A stretch of 63,815 nt of DNA, the filler included, from Gemmatimonadota bacterium (GTDB taxonomy: Bacteria; 4572-55; J002): the NCBI GenBank assembly GCA_003697105.1. It is 4 parts of 4 records of this genome, joined end to end, with 100 filler letters (N's around TTAATTAATTAA, not from the genome) between each part and the next. Parts side by side here need not be neighbours in the genome. Positions count along the whole stretch, not along the records: positions 1 to 24,572 come from RFFQ01000068.1; 3 more parts are not named here. One strand, 5' to 3'. A program made the position numbers and the translations under genes. Positions 9,360 through 19,235 of this stretch are shown one piece after another. Position 1 is the stretch's first letter, and the number at the start of each line of letters is the position of its first letter. The notes under the pieces were generated by a model. It saw only the letters and a program-made list of their open reading frames with translations, was not told the origin of the DNA and ran no database searches.

Positions 9360-10508
9360 ATGTCTAAACGAGATTATTACGAGGTTCTAGGGGTGGATCG
9401 ATCCGCCTCAGCGGAGGAAATCAAAAAAGCGTACCGAAAACTTGCCATGAAATATCATCCGGATCGAAATCCAGATGATAAAAATGCCGAAGAAAAATTT
9501 AAGGAAGCCTCCGAAGCGTATGAAATCCTTAGTGATCGAGAAAAGCGTGCATTATACGACCGGCATGGACATGCCGGCGTGGATCCCATGTTTGGTCAAG
9601 GGGGATTCTCGTGGTCCGATTTTACCCACGCCTCCGAATTTGAAGACATTTTGGGCGATCTATTTGGCAGTTTTTTTGGCGGACGGAGTCGTAGTAGTAG
9701 AAGCCGGCGCGGCTCAGCCCGGCGAGGAAAAGACGTTACCATCCCCCTTCACCTCTCTCTGGAAGAAATTGCGACCGGTGTTGAAAAGAAAATCCGCTAC
9801 AAACGTTACGAAAAGTGTGAAAAATGCGACGGAACCGGTGCCAAAAATAGAAATGCGGTTCAAACCTGCCCCGATTGTGGGGGTGCCGGCGAAGTACGCC
9901 GCGTTCAACGCTCCTTTTTAGGATCGTTCACAACCGTCACCGGTTGCCCTCGCTGCCAAGGGGAAGGTCAGATTATTACCGAACGGTGTCATGCTTGCCG
10001 GGGCGAAGGGCTTGTTCATGGAGAACAAACGGTTTCAGTGCGTGTGCCCGCTGGGGTTAGTTCTGGAAATTACATTCCAATCCGAGGGCAAGGCAGTGCC
10101 GGACCCCGCGGCGGGCCAAATGGGGACTTGATCGTCCATATCGAAGAAAAAGAACATGAATTTTTCGAGCGCGTCGGCGATAATATCATTTACACCTTAC
10201 CCATCAGTTTCCCGCAAGCGGCGTTAGGTGCAGAAATTGAAATTCCGACCCTCACGGATACGATCAAGTTAAAAATTCCGGAAGGAACTCAATCGGGTAA
10301 AGTGTTTCGGGTGCGAGACCGGGGGATACCTCACCTGAACGGGCGCGGTAGAGGTGACCAGTTAGTTCGGGTGATTGTCTGGGTACCGGAAAAACTGAGC
10401 AAAGACGATAAAAAATGGATCGAAAAGCTGGCAAAAAGTGAGAATCTGATGCCCCCCCAACCCGGCAAAGGCTTTCTCTCTAAAGTAAAAGAATTTTTGG
10501 GCTTGTAA
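9360..10508 (+). CDS. dnaJ: Chaperone DnaJ
   Basis: J domain with HPD, G/F region, four CxxCxGxG repeats. Confidence 0.98.
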   Translation: MSKRDYYEVLGVDRSASAEEIKKAYRKLAMKYHPDRNPDDKNAEEKFKEASEAYEILSDREKRALYDRHGHAGVDPMFGQGGFSWSDFTHASEFEDILGDLFGSFFGGRSRSSRSRRGSARRGKDVTIPLHLSLEEIATGVEKKIRYKRYEKCEKCDGTGAKNRNAVQTCPDCGGAGEVRRVQRSFLGSFTTVTGCPRCQGEGQIITERCHACRGEGLVHGEQTVSVRVPAGVSSGNYIPIRGQGSAGPRGGPNGDLIVHIEEKEHEFFERVGDNIIYTLPISFPQAALGAEIEIPTLTDTIKLKIPEGTQSGKVFRVRDRGIPHLNGRGRGDQLVRVIVWVPEKLSKDDKKWIEKLAKSENLMPPQPGKGFLSKVKEFLGL

Positions 10509-11247
10509 ATGTACGCCTTCTATGCCCCAGTGTCCGCATTTCAGGGGGAACACGTTCTAATTACGGGCGATGAAGCCCATCATTTAAACCATGTCCTGCG
10601 CGGTCAAGTCGGTGACACGGTTGAAATTCGGGATGGGGAGGGTCACGCCTATCAGGCTCAAATCGAATCCATCCAAAAAAAAAGACGTAACCTGCCGGAT
10701 TCTCACCCGGTGCACCCGCGATACCGAAGCCTCTATCCACATTGGGTTGGCACAAGCCCTACCAAAAGGCAAAAAATTTGAAGAAATTATTCGGAAAAAC
10801 ACCGAGATCGGCGTCCAAGAATTTCTGCCCCTCATAACCGAACGGACAGAAATACGCTACCCCAGCCATAAATGGAGGGGTGTTCACGAGCGGTGGAAAC
10901 GAGTCGCCATCAGTGCCATGAAACAATCCGGCAGAACCATTTTACCGGATATCCACCCACCTCAACCGGTGAGCGACATCCTGACCAGTACGCAGAACTA
11001 CGAATTAAAACTAATTGCATCTGCCTTTGAACATGATGTTACCATTCGGGATGTGTTGCACGCCTATCCCGATTTGACATCGGTACTCATCTGTATTGGA
11101 CCGGAAGGAGGGTTCACCGAGGCAGAAGTCACTCAAGCAAAAAGCCATGATTTTCGGGCGATAACTCTGGGTAAGCGTCGATTACGCACGGAAACGGCCG
11201 GTGCGGTCGCCGCGGGTATTTTTGCGGGGTATTATGACAATCCATGA
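10509..11247 (+). pseudogene. rsmE: 16S rRNA m3U1498 methyltransferase RsmE, frameshifted at an A9 run
   Basis: N-terminus (EAHHLNHVLR) and C-terminus (IGPEGGFT, LGKRRLRTETA) are in different frames. Deleting one A from A9 at 10675-10683 gives IQKKDVTC and one intact ORF. Confidence 0.85.
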
Positions 11248-11283
11248 CCTTCATTCATTTCATTTCAACAAGGAGTTTGATTC

Positions 11284-12336
11284 ATGAGCATAGCAGTGGA
11301 TCGCCACAAAATTGAGATGGTCAACCAAACCATGAGCCAAATTGAAAAGCAATTTGGCAAAGGAGCGATCATGTGGCTGGGGAGCGATGAAGCAAAAGTC
11401 AAAGCCCCGGTAATCCCGACAGGAGCCATCAGTCTGGATGCGGCATTGGGTGTCGGCGGAGTACCCCGCGGTCGCGTTGTCGAAATTTATGGTCCCGAAG
11501 CCTCCGGTAAAACGACGATCGTCCTCCACATCATTGCCGAAGCACAGAAACGAGGCGGGTTAGCGGCATTTATTGATGCCGAACACGCCCTGGACCCCGT
11601 TTATGCCAAAAATCTGGGGGTAGATATCGAACGGCTGGTGATTTCACAGCCGGATACCGGCGAACAAGCCCTAGAAATCGCCGAAATGCTCGTTCGGAGT
11701 GGTGCAATGGATGTGATCGCCATTGACTCGGTTGCCGCCCTTGTCCCCCGTGCCGAAATCGAAGGCGAAATGGGAGACTCTCACATGGGTCTTCACGCCC
11801 GCTTGATGTCACAAGCGCTCCGGAAATTAACCGGTGTCATCAACAAATCAAAAACATGCGTGATTTTTACAAACCAAATCCGGTTGAAGATCGGCGTCAT
11901 GTTTGGGAATCCCGAAACCACCACCGGCGGACAGGCGTTGAAGTTTTATGCTTCGGTACGGATGGAAATCCGGCGCTTAGCCGCAATCAAAAAGGGGGAT
12001 TCGGTTGAAGGAAACCGGACACGTGTCAGAGTGGTCAAAAACAAATTAGCCCCGCCATTCCGCGAAACCGAATTCGATATTTTATATGGCCAAGGGATTT
12101 CCAAACATGGTGACTTGATCGATCTCGGCGTGGATATGGACATCATCACCAAACGGGGAACGTGGTATAGTTACGGTGAGGAACGCATCGGGCAAGGACG
12201 CAGCAACGCGATTCAATTTCTGCAAGAAAATCCTGAAATAGCCAACCAAATTGAAGCCCTAATACGGGAGAAACTGGGTTTACCCGGTGACCCCGATAGT
12301 AACGATGCCGAAAAGAGTGAAAACACGGCGGGATAA
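11284..12336 (+). CDS. recA: Recombinase RecA
   Basis: GPEASGKT Walker [34 protein letters not shown]. Confidence 0.99.
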   Translation: MSIAVDRHKIEMVNQTMSQIEKQFGKGAIMWLGSDEAKVKAPVIPTGAISLDAALGVGGVPRGRVVEIYGPEASGKTTIVLHIIAEAQKRGGLAAFIDAEHALDPVYAKNLGVDIERLVISQPDTGEQALEIAEMLVRSGAMDVIAIDSVAALVPRAEIEGEMGDSHMGLHARLMSQALRKLTGVINKSKTCVIFTNQIRLKIGVMFGNPETTTGGQALKFYASVRMEIRRLAAIKKGDSVEGNRTRVRVVKNKLAPPFRETEFDILYGQGISKHGDLIDLGVDMDIITKRGTWYSYGEERIGQGRSNAIQFLQENPEIANQIEALIREKLGLPGDPDSNDAEKSENTAG

Positions 12337-12838
12337 TCTACCGCCTCATGAGTTCAAAATCCGCTGTAAAGAATATCTGTTGTATCTACTGAGCCGCCGG
12401 GCATACAGCCGGAAAGAGCTCCACCAACGGGCAATCCGTAAAGGATATCCGGCGGAGATCATCCACGAAATCCTTGATGATCTAGAACGGGTAAATTTGG
12501 TAAATGACACTCAATTTGCGGAGCAATGGGTCGCCTCGCGGTTGCGATCCAAACCCCGGGGCGCTAAATTGCTCCGCTTGGAACTCAAACAGAAAGGAAT
12601 TGCACCCGACATTATCGATACGGTTTTAGCGGATCAATTCAATGATGAAAATCCAGAGAAAATATTTGCGCAACGTGTCACCCAGAACTATCTCAAAAAA
12701 GTGAAACATCTTGATCCACATATCCAAAAGCGCCGGATATATCAGTTTTTATCCCGGCGCGGATTTTCATACGATGCTATTTCTAGCGTCCTGGATGATC
12801 TCTCAATACATAATCCTCTGACGCCAGACAATCCTTAG
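12287..12838 (+). CDS. recX: Regulatory protein RecX (start uncertain)
   Basis: [10 protein letters not shown]...ND.QFA.....R....RG...L..EL.QKGI...FL.RRGF; follows recA. Confidence 0.88.
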   Translation: MTPIVTMPKRVKTRRDNLPPHEFKIRCKEYLLYLLSRRAYSRKELHQRAIRKGYPAEIIHEILDDLERVNLVNDTQFAEQWVASRLRSKPRGAKLLRLELKQKGIAPDIIDTVLADQFNDENPEKIFAQRVTQNYLKKVKHLDPHIQKRRIYQFLSRRGFSYDAISSVLDDLSIHNPLTPDNP

Positions 12839-12921
12839 TTGTACGATTATTCACCATCATGGCGCATCTTAACCGGTTAATTCATCATATTTTTACAACA
12901 TAACCCATAAGGAGTACTACC

Positions 12922-14205
12922 ATGGCTAATTTGAAAGAAACACTCCAACAAAAGATTCCCGTTTGGCGGGACGAAATTCGCAGCATTGTCAAAGAACACG
13001 GCTCAACCGTGATTTCGGAAGTCACCATTCAACAGGCATACGGGGGAATGCGCGGAGTCAAAGGGCTTGTGTGCGATACGTCGCTGGTCAAGCCGGATGC
13101 AGGCTTAATCATCCGTGGAATCCCTGTACTGGAATTGACGGAGCGCCTGCCGGAAGAGATTTTTTTCTTGTTATGCACTGGTGAGCTACCGGATGAGGCG
13201 GCGCTAAAAGACCTGCAAACCGAACTGAAACGCCGCGCCGAAGTCCCCCAATATGTGTGGGATATGCTGGAAACGCTTCCGGCGGATTCACACCCCATGA
13301 TGATGTTTAATATGGCGGTTTTGTCATTGGAAAAGCAGTCGGTATTTCGTCAAAAATATGATGAAGGTATGTCCAAAACAGATTACTGGGAACCCACGTT
13401 GGAAGATGCTTTGAACCTATTAGCAAAAATTCCAGCACTTGTCACCGGCATTTACCGGTTGCGATTCAATAAAGGAGACCGCATTGCGCCCAATCCCGAT
13501 TTGGATTGGGCAGGCAACATGGCGCACATGTTTGGTATTGATGACCCCGAAGGGCACTTCGCGGACTTGATGCGACTTTATATGGTGCTTCACACCGACC
13601 ATGAAGGCGGGAATGTAAGCGCCTTCTCTTGCCATGTAATCGGCTCAGCACTTTCGGATGCCTATTACGCCGTTTCCGGTGGTTTGAACGGGCTTGCCGG
13701 GCCATTACATGGGCTGGCAAATCAGGAAGTGTTACGTTGGATCATCAACCTACGGAAACAATACAACGGTGTCCCGACCGCCGAAGAAATCGTCAAGTTT
13801 GCATGGGATACCCTCAACAGCGGCAAAGTGATTCCGGGGTACGGTCACGCCGTCTTGCGAGTGACGGATCCCCGTTACACCGCCTTCCATAACTTTGGTA
13901 AAAAGGTCTGCCCGGAAGCGGAAATGTTCCAAATTGTAGATGTGATCTTCCAAAACATCCCCAAGGTACTGCAAGAACATGGTAAGGCTAAAAACCCTTG
14001 GCCCAACGTGGATGCCATTTCCGGTTCGTTACTCTATCACTTCGGCTTGACCGAAATGATCTTCTACACCGTGCTATTCAGTGCCTCGCGCGCAATGGGT
14101 ATGCTTTCCCAGTTGTTAATGAGCCGGGCAATGGGCGAACCCATCACGCGACCCAAGTCAGTCGGTACCCAATGGATCAAAGACTTCTTAGCGGGACAGA
14201 GCTAA
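12922..14205 (+). CDS. gltA: Citrate (Si)-synthase, eukaryote-like type
   Basis: YGGMRG, DHEGGNVSA, GPLHGLANQEV, PGYGHAVLR, NPWPNVDA. Confidence 0.95.
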   Translation: MANLKETLQQKIPVWRDEIRSIVKEHGSTVISEVTIQQAYGGMRGVKGLVCDTSLVKPDAGLIIRGIPVLELTERLPEEIFFLLCTGELPDEAALKDLQTELKRRAEVPQYVWDMLETLPADSHPMMMFNMAVLSLEKQSVFRQKYDEGMSKTDYWEPTLEDALNLLAKIPALVTGIYRLRFNKGDRIAPNPDLDWAGNMAHMFGIDDPEGHFADLMRLYMVLHTDHEGGNVSAFSCHVIGSALSDAYYAVSGGLNGLAGPLHGLANQEVLRWIINLRKQYNGVPTAEEIVKFAWDTLNSGKVIPGYGHAVLRVTDPRYTAFHNFGKKVCPEAEMFQIVDVIFQNIPKVLQEHGKAKNPWPNVDAISGSLLYHFGLTEMIFYTVLFSASRAMGMLSQLLMSRAMGEPITRPKSVGTQWIKDFLAGQS

Positions 14206-14233
14206 ATAAAGCCGCATCGATACCATATACTGA

Positions 14234-14268
14234 AAACGCCGTCAATGGAGATTTCATTGGCGGCGTTT
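14234..14268 (+). terminator. Intrinsic terminator-like hairpin
   Basis: AAACGCCGTCAATG / CATTGGCGGCGTTT inverted repeat after gltA. Confidence 0.6.
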
Positions 14269-14376
14269 CGCATTCCGTAAAAAGCCCTTGACCCTCCTTG
14301 TAAAAAGCCACATAATAGACCCATTAAAATCCCCTTAACATCTATCCCTTTTAATTCGAGAAAGGATCATTACGAT

Positions 14377-15822
14377 ATGTCACAAAAGCGAGCGATTACT
14401 GTCGCTTATGGCGATGGTATTGGACCCGAAATTATGGATGCCACCTTACACATTCTTCAAGAAGCGGGCGCCCAACTGGAGATTGAGACCATTGACGTCG
14501 GCGAAAGTGTTTATAAAAGTGGCTACACCTCCGGCATTGAACCCAGTGCATGGGATTCCTTGCGCCGGACGAAAGTCTTTCTTAAAGCACCGATCACCAC
14601 ACCCCAAGGCGGGGGCTACAAAAGCTTAAATGTAACCATCCGCAAAACGCTGGGCTTGTACGCCAATATTCGCCCCAGTGTTTCCTACCACCCTTTTATT
14701 GATACAAAACATCCCAACATGGACTTGGTGATTATCCGGGAAAATGAAGAAGATGTGTATGGCGGTATCGAACACCAACAAACGGATGAAGTAACCCAGT
14801 GCCTCAAATTGATCAGCCGTCCCGGCACGGAGCGGGTCATCCGCTACGCCTTTGAATATGCCCTGCGCAACGAGCGAAAACTGGTAAGCTGTTTTACCAA
14901 AGATAATATTATGAAAATCACCGATGGTATGTTCCATAAAATTTTTGATGAAATTGCCGCCGATTACCCCGAACTGAAATCCGAACATTGGATTATTGAC
15001 ATTGGTACGGCAAAACTTGCCAGTCGCCCAGAATTGTTTGACGTCGTCGTCGTGCCCAATCTCTACGGTGATATAATCTCTGACATCGCGGCGGAATTGG
15101 TGGGTTCGGTGGGTCTGGCCGGATCCGCAAATATCGGGGATCAGGTGGCAATGTTTGAAGCTGTACACGGGTCTGCCCCGGATATTGCCGGTAAAGGAAT
15201 CGCTAACCCGTCAGGATTGCTGATGGGCGCAATCAAAATGCTCGTCCACATCGGACAAGCCGATGTGGCGGAACGGATTCATAATGCGTGGCTCAAAACC
15301 ATTGAAGATGGCATCCACACCCCCGATATTTACTCTCGGGATGCCCGTCAGGAGAAAGTCGGTACCAAAGAATTCACCACCGCCATCGTGGAACGGCTCG
15401 GTACCCAACCGGAACGACTTCGCGCGGTGCACTATCATGTGGGTCATGATGCGCCCCACCATCCACCGAAACCACCCGCCAAAAAAGAACTGGTCGGCGT
15501 TGATGTCTTCCTACATTGGAAGGACGGCTCCCCGAATGATCTGGGTAAAAAATTGGAAGAACTCAGCGGTGATGACCTCAAAATATTGATGATCACCAAC
15601 CGCGGAACAAAAGTGTGGCCCCACGGACTGCCGGAAACCTTTTGTACCGATCACTGGCGGTGCCGCTTTGTCTCCCCACAGGGGGAAGGCACTCCGGTGA
15701 CCCACTACCAGATTATCGACCTGCTGAAGCGGGTCGCCGATGCCGGTCTGGATTTTATCAAAACCGAACATCTTTGCCATTTTGATGGTAAACCGGCTTA
15801 TTCCTTAGGTCAGGGTCAATGA
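14377..15822 (+). CDS. icd: NADP-dependent isocitrate dehydrogenase with C-terminal extension
   Basis: GDGIGPEI, KAPITTPQGGGYKSLNV, NLYGDI.SD, EAVHGSAPDIAG; C-terminal TFCTDHWRCRF...YSLGQGQ; TTGACC-N17-CATAAT promoter at 14288-14316. Confidence 0.95.
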   Translation: MSQKRAITVAYGDGIGPEIMDATLHILQEAGAQLEIETIDVGESVYKSGYTSGIEPSAWDSLRRTKVFLKAPITTPQGGGYKSLNVTIRKTLGLYANIRPSVSYHPFIDTKHPNMDLVIIRENEEDVYGGIEHQQTDEVTQCLKLISRPGTERVIRYAFEYALRNERKLVSCFTKDNIMKITDGMFHKIFDEIAADYPELKSEHWIIDIGTAKLASRPELFDVVVVPNLYGDIISDIAAELVGSVGLAGSANIGDQVAMFEAVHGSAPDIAGKGIANPSGLLMGAIKMLVHIGQADVAERIHNAWLKTIEDGIHTPDIYSRDARQEKVGTKEFTTAIVERLGTQPERLRAVHYHVGHDAPHHPPKPPAKKELVGVDVFLHWKDGSPNDLGKKLEELSGDDLKILMITNRGTKVWPHGLPETFCTDHWRCRFVSPQGEGTPVTHYQIIDLLKRVADAGLDFIKTEHLCHFDGKPAYSLGQGQ

Positions 15823-15836
15823 AAGGAGGAGATTAT

Positions 15837-16622
15837 ATGCCACATTACCATACATTAGAACTGACTATTGACCAGCACGTCGCATATCTCACCCTGAACC
15901 GCCCGGATAAGCACAACTCATTTAATGATACCCTCATCGCGGAGATGACCCGTTGCTTCAAAACCTTAGCAAATGAACCCGACGTGCGGATGATCGTGTT
16001 GACCGGAAACGGCAAATCATTTTGTGCCGGTGCGGATTTGAATTGGATGAAATCAACCATCCACTACACCGAAGAACAGAACCGGGAGGATGCCCGTAAA
16101 CTTTCCGAAATGTTCCACACGATCAACTTCTGCCCGATTCCGGTGATTGGCAAAATCAATGGGGCGGCAATTGGCGGTGGGGCTGGATTAGTCTCCGTTT
16201 GCGATATTGTGATCGCCAGCGAACGAGCCATGTTTGGTCTGGCAGAAGTAAAATTGGGGATCATTCCGGCAGTCATCTCCCCTTATATGATCGCTAAAAT
16301 CGGGGAAAGCCATGCGCGGTCACTCTTTTTCACGGGGGAACGCATCAACGCACAACGAGCACATCAGATCGGGTTGGTACATCAGGTAGTTTCACCGGCG
16401 CTCTTGGATGCTGCCGTGCAAGAGAAAATCGATCTGATCAAAACCAGCGGACCTCAGGCAATCCGCGCCGGAAAAAAGCTTGTCCACATGGTGATGACAC
16501 TTGATGAAGCGGGGATCCGGGAATATAATATTAACGAAATCGCCCGCATCCGCGTTACGGAGGAGGCACAAGAAGGATTTGCCGCCTTTCTGGAAAAGCG
16601 AAAACCAGCGTGGAGTTTGTAA
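15837..16622 (+). CDS. Enoyl-CoA hydratase/isomerase (methylglutaconyl-CoA hydratase-like)
   Basis: LNRP.KHN, SFCAGADLNWM, GAAIGGG.GL...CD, EVKLGIIPAVISPY. Confidence 0.9.
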   Translation: MPHYHTLELTIDQHVAYLTLNRPDKHNSFNDTLIAEMTRCFKTLANEPDVRMIVLTGNGKSFCAGADLNWMKSTIHYTEEQNREDARKLSEMFHTINFCPIPVIGKINGAAIGGGAGLVSVCDIVIASERAMFGLAEVKLGIIPAVISPYMIAKIGESHARSLFFTGERINAQRAHQIGLVHQVVSPALLDAAVQEKIDLIKTSGPQAIRAGKKLVHMVMTLDEAGIREYNINEIARIRVTEEAQEGFAAFLEKRKPAWSL

Positions 16623-16760
16623 AACCGGTTGGCAAAATGAAAATGAGGGTTGGCACTCCGACCAATCCCATATTGAACCACTAAAGCTACCTAAAAAAGC
16701 CTTAGTTCAAACCTTTTGGTTTCGTAACCAAATGAACCATATTATTATTGGAAAAAACGC

Positions 16761-17285
16761 ATGAAACTCATCTACCAATATTACGATGATGAAATCACAA
16801 TTAATGCGGAAAAACAACAGGATAAGCTGATACTCCACATCGGTGAGCGCACCTACTGTGTGAAAGTGGATGCCGTGCGCGATACCACTATCCAATTTAG
16901 AATTGGCGATAGCAACTGCGACGCAGAAAAAGCCCACTACGCCCATTTTGCCGTCGTTGATCCGGAAAAACGTGTGGTCGCCTTTAAAGGCAAAACTTAC
17001 CCGTTGGAAAAAAAGGACTTACGCAAACCCACTCGCCACGTGAGTGACCACCACCCTCAGGACATTAAAGCTCCCATGCCCGGTCAGATTATTGAGGTGA
17101 AGGTCGCGGTCGGAGATAGGGTCGAAGCACAGCAACCCTTAATTGTGATGGAAGCCATGAAAATGGAATATACCTTACGCGCACCCCAAGCAGGCATCGT
17201 TACTGCCATCCATTTTACAAAAGGAGATCAGGTCGAATTGGGTGCGGTCTTAGTCGATGTAGAACCGGAGGAACATGATGATTGA
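16761..17285 (+). CDS. Biotin carboxyl carrier subunit of an acyl-CoA carboxylase
   Basis: APMPG...EAMKME biotinylation motif. Confidence 0.9.
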   Translation: MKLIYQYYDDEITINAEKQQDKLILHIGERTYCVKVDAVRDTTIQFRIGDSNCDAEKAHYAHFAVVDPEKRVVAFKGKTYPLEKKDLRKPTRHVSDHHPQDIKAPMPGQIIEVKVAVGDRVEAQQPLIVMEAMKMEYTLRAPQAGIVTAIHFTKGDQVELGAVLVDVEPEEHDD

Positions 17286-17475
17286 AACCAGTAATATTCT
17301 GTTGATAGTGGTGATTGCCGTAGCGGTACTGATCGCGTATGTTATCGGTAAAATGGTCTCTAAACTGTTGGCAGTGGTCATCCGTATCGCTTTGGGAATT
17401 GCCGTGATCGGACTGATTTTAGTCGCCTTCGATGTCGTGAGCATCGCGGAGACTCGGGCTTATTTCAACTTTTGA
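17275..17475 (+). CDS. Small two-TM membrane protein
   Basis: 66 aa, two hydrophobic helices, GGAGG SD, coupled to the upstream gene. Confidence 0.55.
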   Translation: MMIETSNILLIVVIAVAVLIAYVIGKMVSKLLAVVIRIALGIAVIGLILVAFDVVSIAETRAYFNF

Positions 17476-18366
17476 GTCCCTAATACCGGCAAGTAATTGA
17501 TCCCGCCATAATTGATAGCGTTCGAGATCAACATCCGGCAGAAAGGTTGCTTGGTGCAACTGTCGATAAAGGTCTGCCAATGGATTTCCCCGCTTAATGG
17601 CTCCTTTTTCCAAAATACGAGCTTTTCGCCGGATTTCTAGCCGGACTAAATCAATTTGAGAGGGCTGTAACGCCTGTTCCACGAGTAAATTAAGCAATGC
17701 GAAGAGTCGAAACCGGTCCATAGCCGGCAACGAGCGCGATAGCTGATCCGCATGACCACCGTACTTCACGATCAAAGATTCCGCCACCAAACCGACCTCA
17801 TAAGATGCCGTCAGGCGCAACCATAGTTCATAGTCCTCACATACGGGCAAACGTTCATCAAAACCGCCACATTCATCCCACACGACGCGATCCACCAGCA
17901 CTGAAGAAGGGCTAACACTACACCGTGCCACGGACTGGCGAAAGCTATCTGCCCCAGAGGCGAGCACATGATATTTTTTGGGATTCACCCGTCTGCCTCG
18001 CCGGATCCAAATTTCCCCAGTTTGACAAATCCGAAAATGAGGATGATCCGCTAAAAATGCCATTTGGCGGGCTAATTTTTCCGGTAACCACCGGTCGTCG
18101 GAATCTAAAAACGCCATCCACGCCCCCCGGGCATGTGCCACCCCGACATTGCGTGCCGCTGAAACACCCCGATTTTGATCCAGCCGGATATATTGATGTC
18201 CCTGCCGGTTCAAATCCGCTTGAATGGAATTCAAGTCAACCGTTGACCCATCATCCACAACGATCAGTTCAAAATCACGGTAGGTCTGGGCAAGCACCGA
18301 GTCCACCGCCTGCCGCAGAAAATCCACCCGATTATATACCGGAATAATCACCGAAATGTGAGGCAT
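17419..18366 (-). CDS. Glycosyltransferase family 2
   Basis: ISVIIPVYNR, VVDDGS, GVSAARN, FLDSDD, CEDYELWLR. Confidence 0.92.
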   Translation of the reverse strand: MPHISVIIPVYNRVDFLRQAVDSVLAQTYRDFELIVVDDGSTVDLNSIQADLNRQGHQYIRLDQNRGVSAARNVGVAHARGAWMAFLDSDDRWLPEKLARQMAFLADHPHFRICQTGEIWIRRGRRVNPKKYHVLASGADSFRQSVARCSVSPSSVLVDRVVWDECGGFDERLPVCEDYELWLRLTASYEVGLVAESLIVKYGGHADQLSRSLPAMDRFRLFALLNLLVEQALQPSQIDLVRLEIRRKARILEKGAIKRGNPLADLYRQLHQATFLPDVDLERYQLWRDQLLAGIRDSKVEISPSLRDAHDIEGD

Positions 18367-18381
18367 GATGACGCTTTTGTC

Positions 18382-18410
18382 TTGACTTTGAATGAAATTT
18401 TTACTACTTT
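18382..18410 (+). promoter_or_regulatory. Sigma70-like promoter for tRNA-Gln
   Basis: TTGACT-N17-TACTTT just upstream of the tRNA. Confidence 0.6.
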
Positions 18411-18425
18411 GCGGGTCTTACAGAT

Positions 18426-18499
18426 TGGGGTGTCGTCTAATGGTAGGACAGCGGACTCTGGATCCGTCAGTCGGGGTTCGAATCCCTGCACCCCAGCCA
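18426..18499 (+). tRNA. tRNA-Gln(CTG)
   Basis: Acceptor stem TGGGGTG/CACCCCA, anticodon arm GCGGA-CT-CTG-GA-TCCGT, GGTTCGAATCC T-arm, encoded CCA. Confidence 0.97.
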
Positions 18500-18517
18500 A
18501 AACACACACGGTAAAAG

Positions 18518-18550
18518 GAACTCGCGCCACTCCGGCACGAGTTCTTTTTT
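18518..18550 (+). terminator. Intrinsic terminator after tRNA
   Basis: GAACTCGCGCC / GGCACGAGTTC stem followed by T6. Confidence 0.75.
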
Positions 18551-18563
18551 ATTCGGTCGCCCC

Positions 18564-19235
18564 ATGATCCAATTATACCACGTGGACAAAATCTATAAGC
18601 AAGATTGGTACGCCCTGCGTGATGTCAATCTGAGCATTGGCAAAGGTGAATTTGTCTTCCTGACCGGAGCCAGCGGCGCCGGCAAGACGACGTTGCTGGA
18701 ATTGCTTTACATGCAGGAATTCCCCACCAATGGGCAAGTGATTGTGGGAGACTATTCCTCCACAACCATCAAACGGCGCGATATTCCCTACCTGCGACGC
18801 CAATTGGGCATCATTTTTCAGGATTTTCAATTGATGACCGACCGCACGGTATATGAAAACCTTGCATTTGCCTTGGAAGTGGTCAATACGCCGCGTCCCC
18901 AGATCAAACCGCGAGTTCTCAAATTGCTCTCCTTTGTGGGGCTAAGCCACAAGCTCTCCGCCTTGCCCTATGAACTATCCGGTGGAGAGCAACAACGGGT
19001 GACCATTGCCCGGGCGCTGATTAATGATCCGGTACTCGTTCTGGCAGATGAACCCACCGGCAACCTTGACCCCCAAAGCTCCGATCAAGTCATGCAACTT
19101 TTGCGCGACATCAATCTACAGGGAGCAACCGTCTTGATGGCGACACACAACACTGAAATTCTGCGACATTACAATTACCGCACCATCCGGTTGGATCAAG
19201 GGCGAGTAGTTGAGGATCGCTCACCCCTATTCTGA
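18564..19235 (+). CDS. ftsE: Cell division ATP-binding protein FtsE
   Basis: [48 protein letters not shown]. Confidence 0.9.
   Translation: MIQLYHVDKIYKQDWYALRDVNLSIGKGEFVFLTGASGAGKTTLLELLYMQEFPTNGQVIVGDYSSTTIKRRDIPYLRRQLGIIFQDFQLMTDRTVYENLAFALEVVNTPRPQIKPRVLKLLSFVGLSHKLSALPYELSGGEQQRVTIARALINDPVLVLADEPTGNLDPQSSDQVMQLLRDINLQGATVLMATHNTEILRHYNYRTIRLDQGRVVEDRSPLF

Noticed and set aside
16650-16676. TTGGCACTC resembling a CIRCE half-site
   Set aside because: No GAGTGCTAA second half, and it is not upstream of a chaperone gene.
18426-18499. tRNA as an integration site
   Set aside because: No integrase nearby and no duplicated tRNA 3' end noticed in the window.
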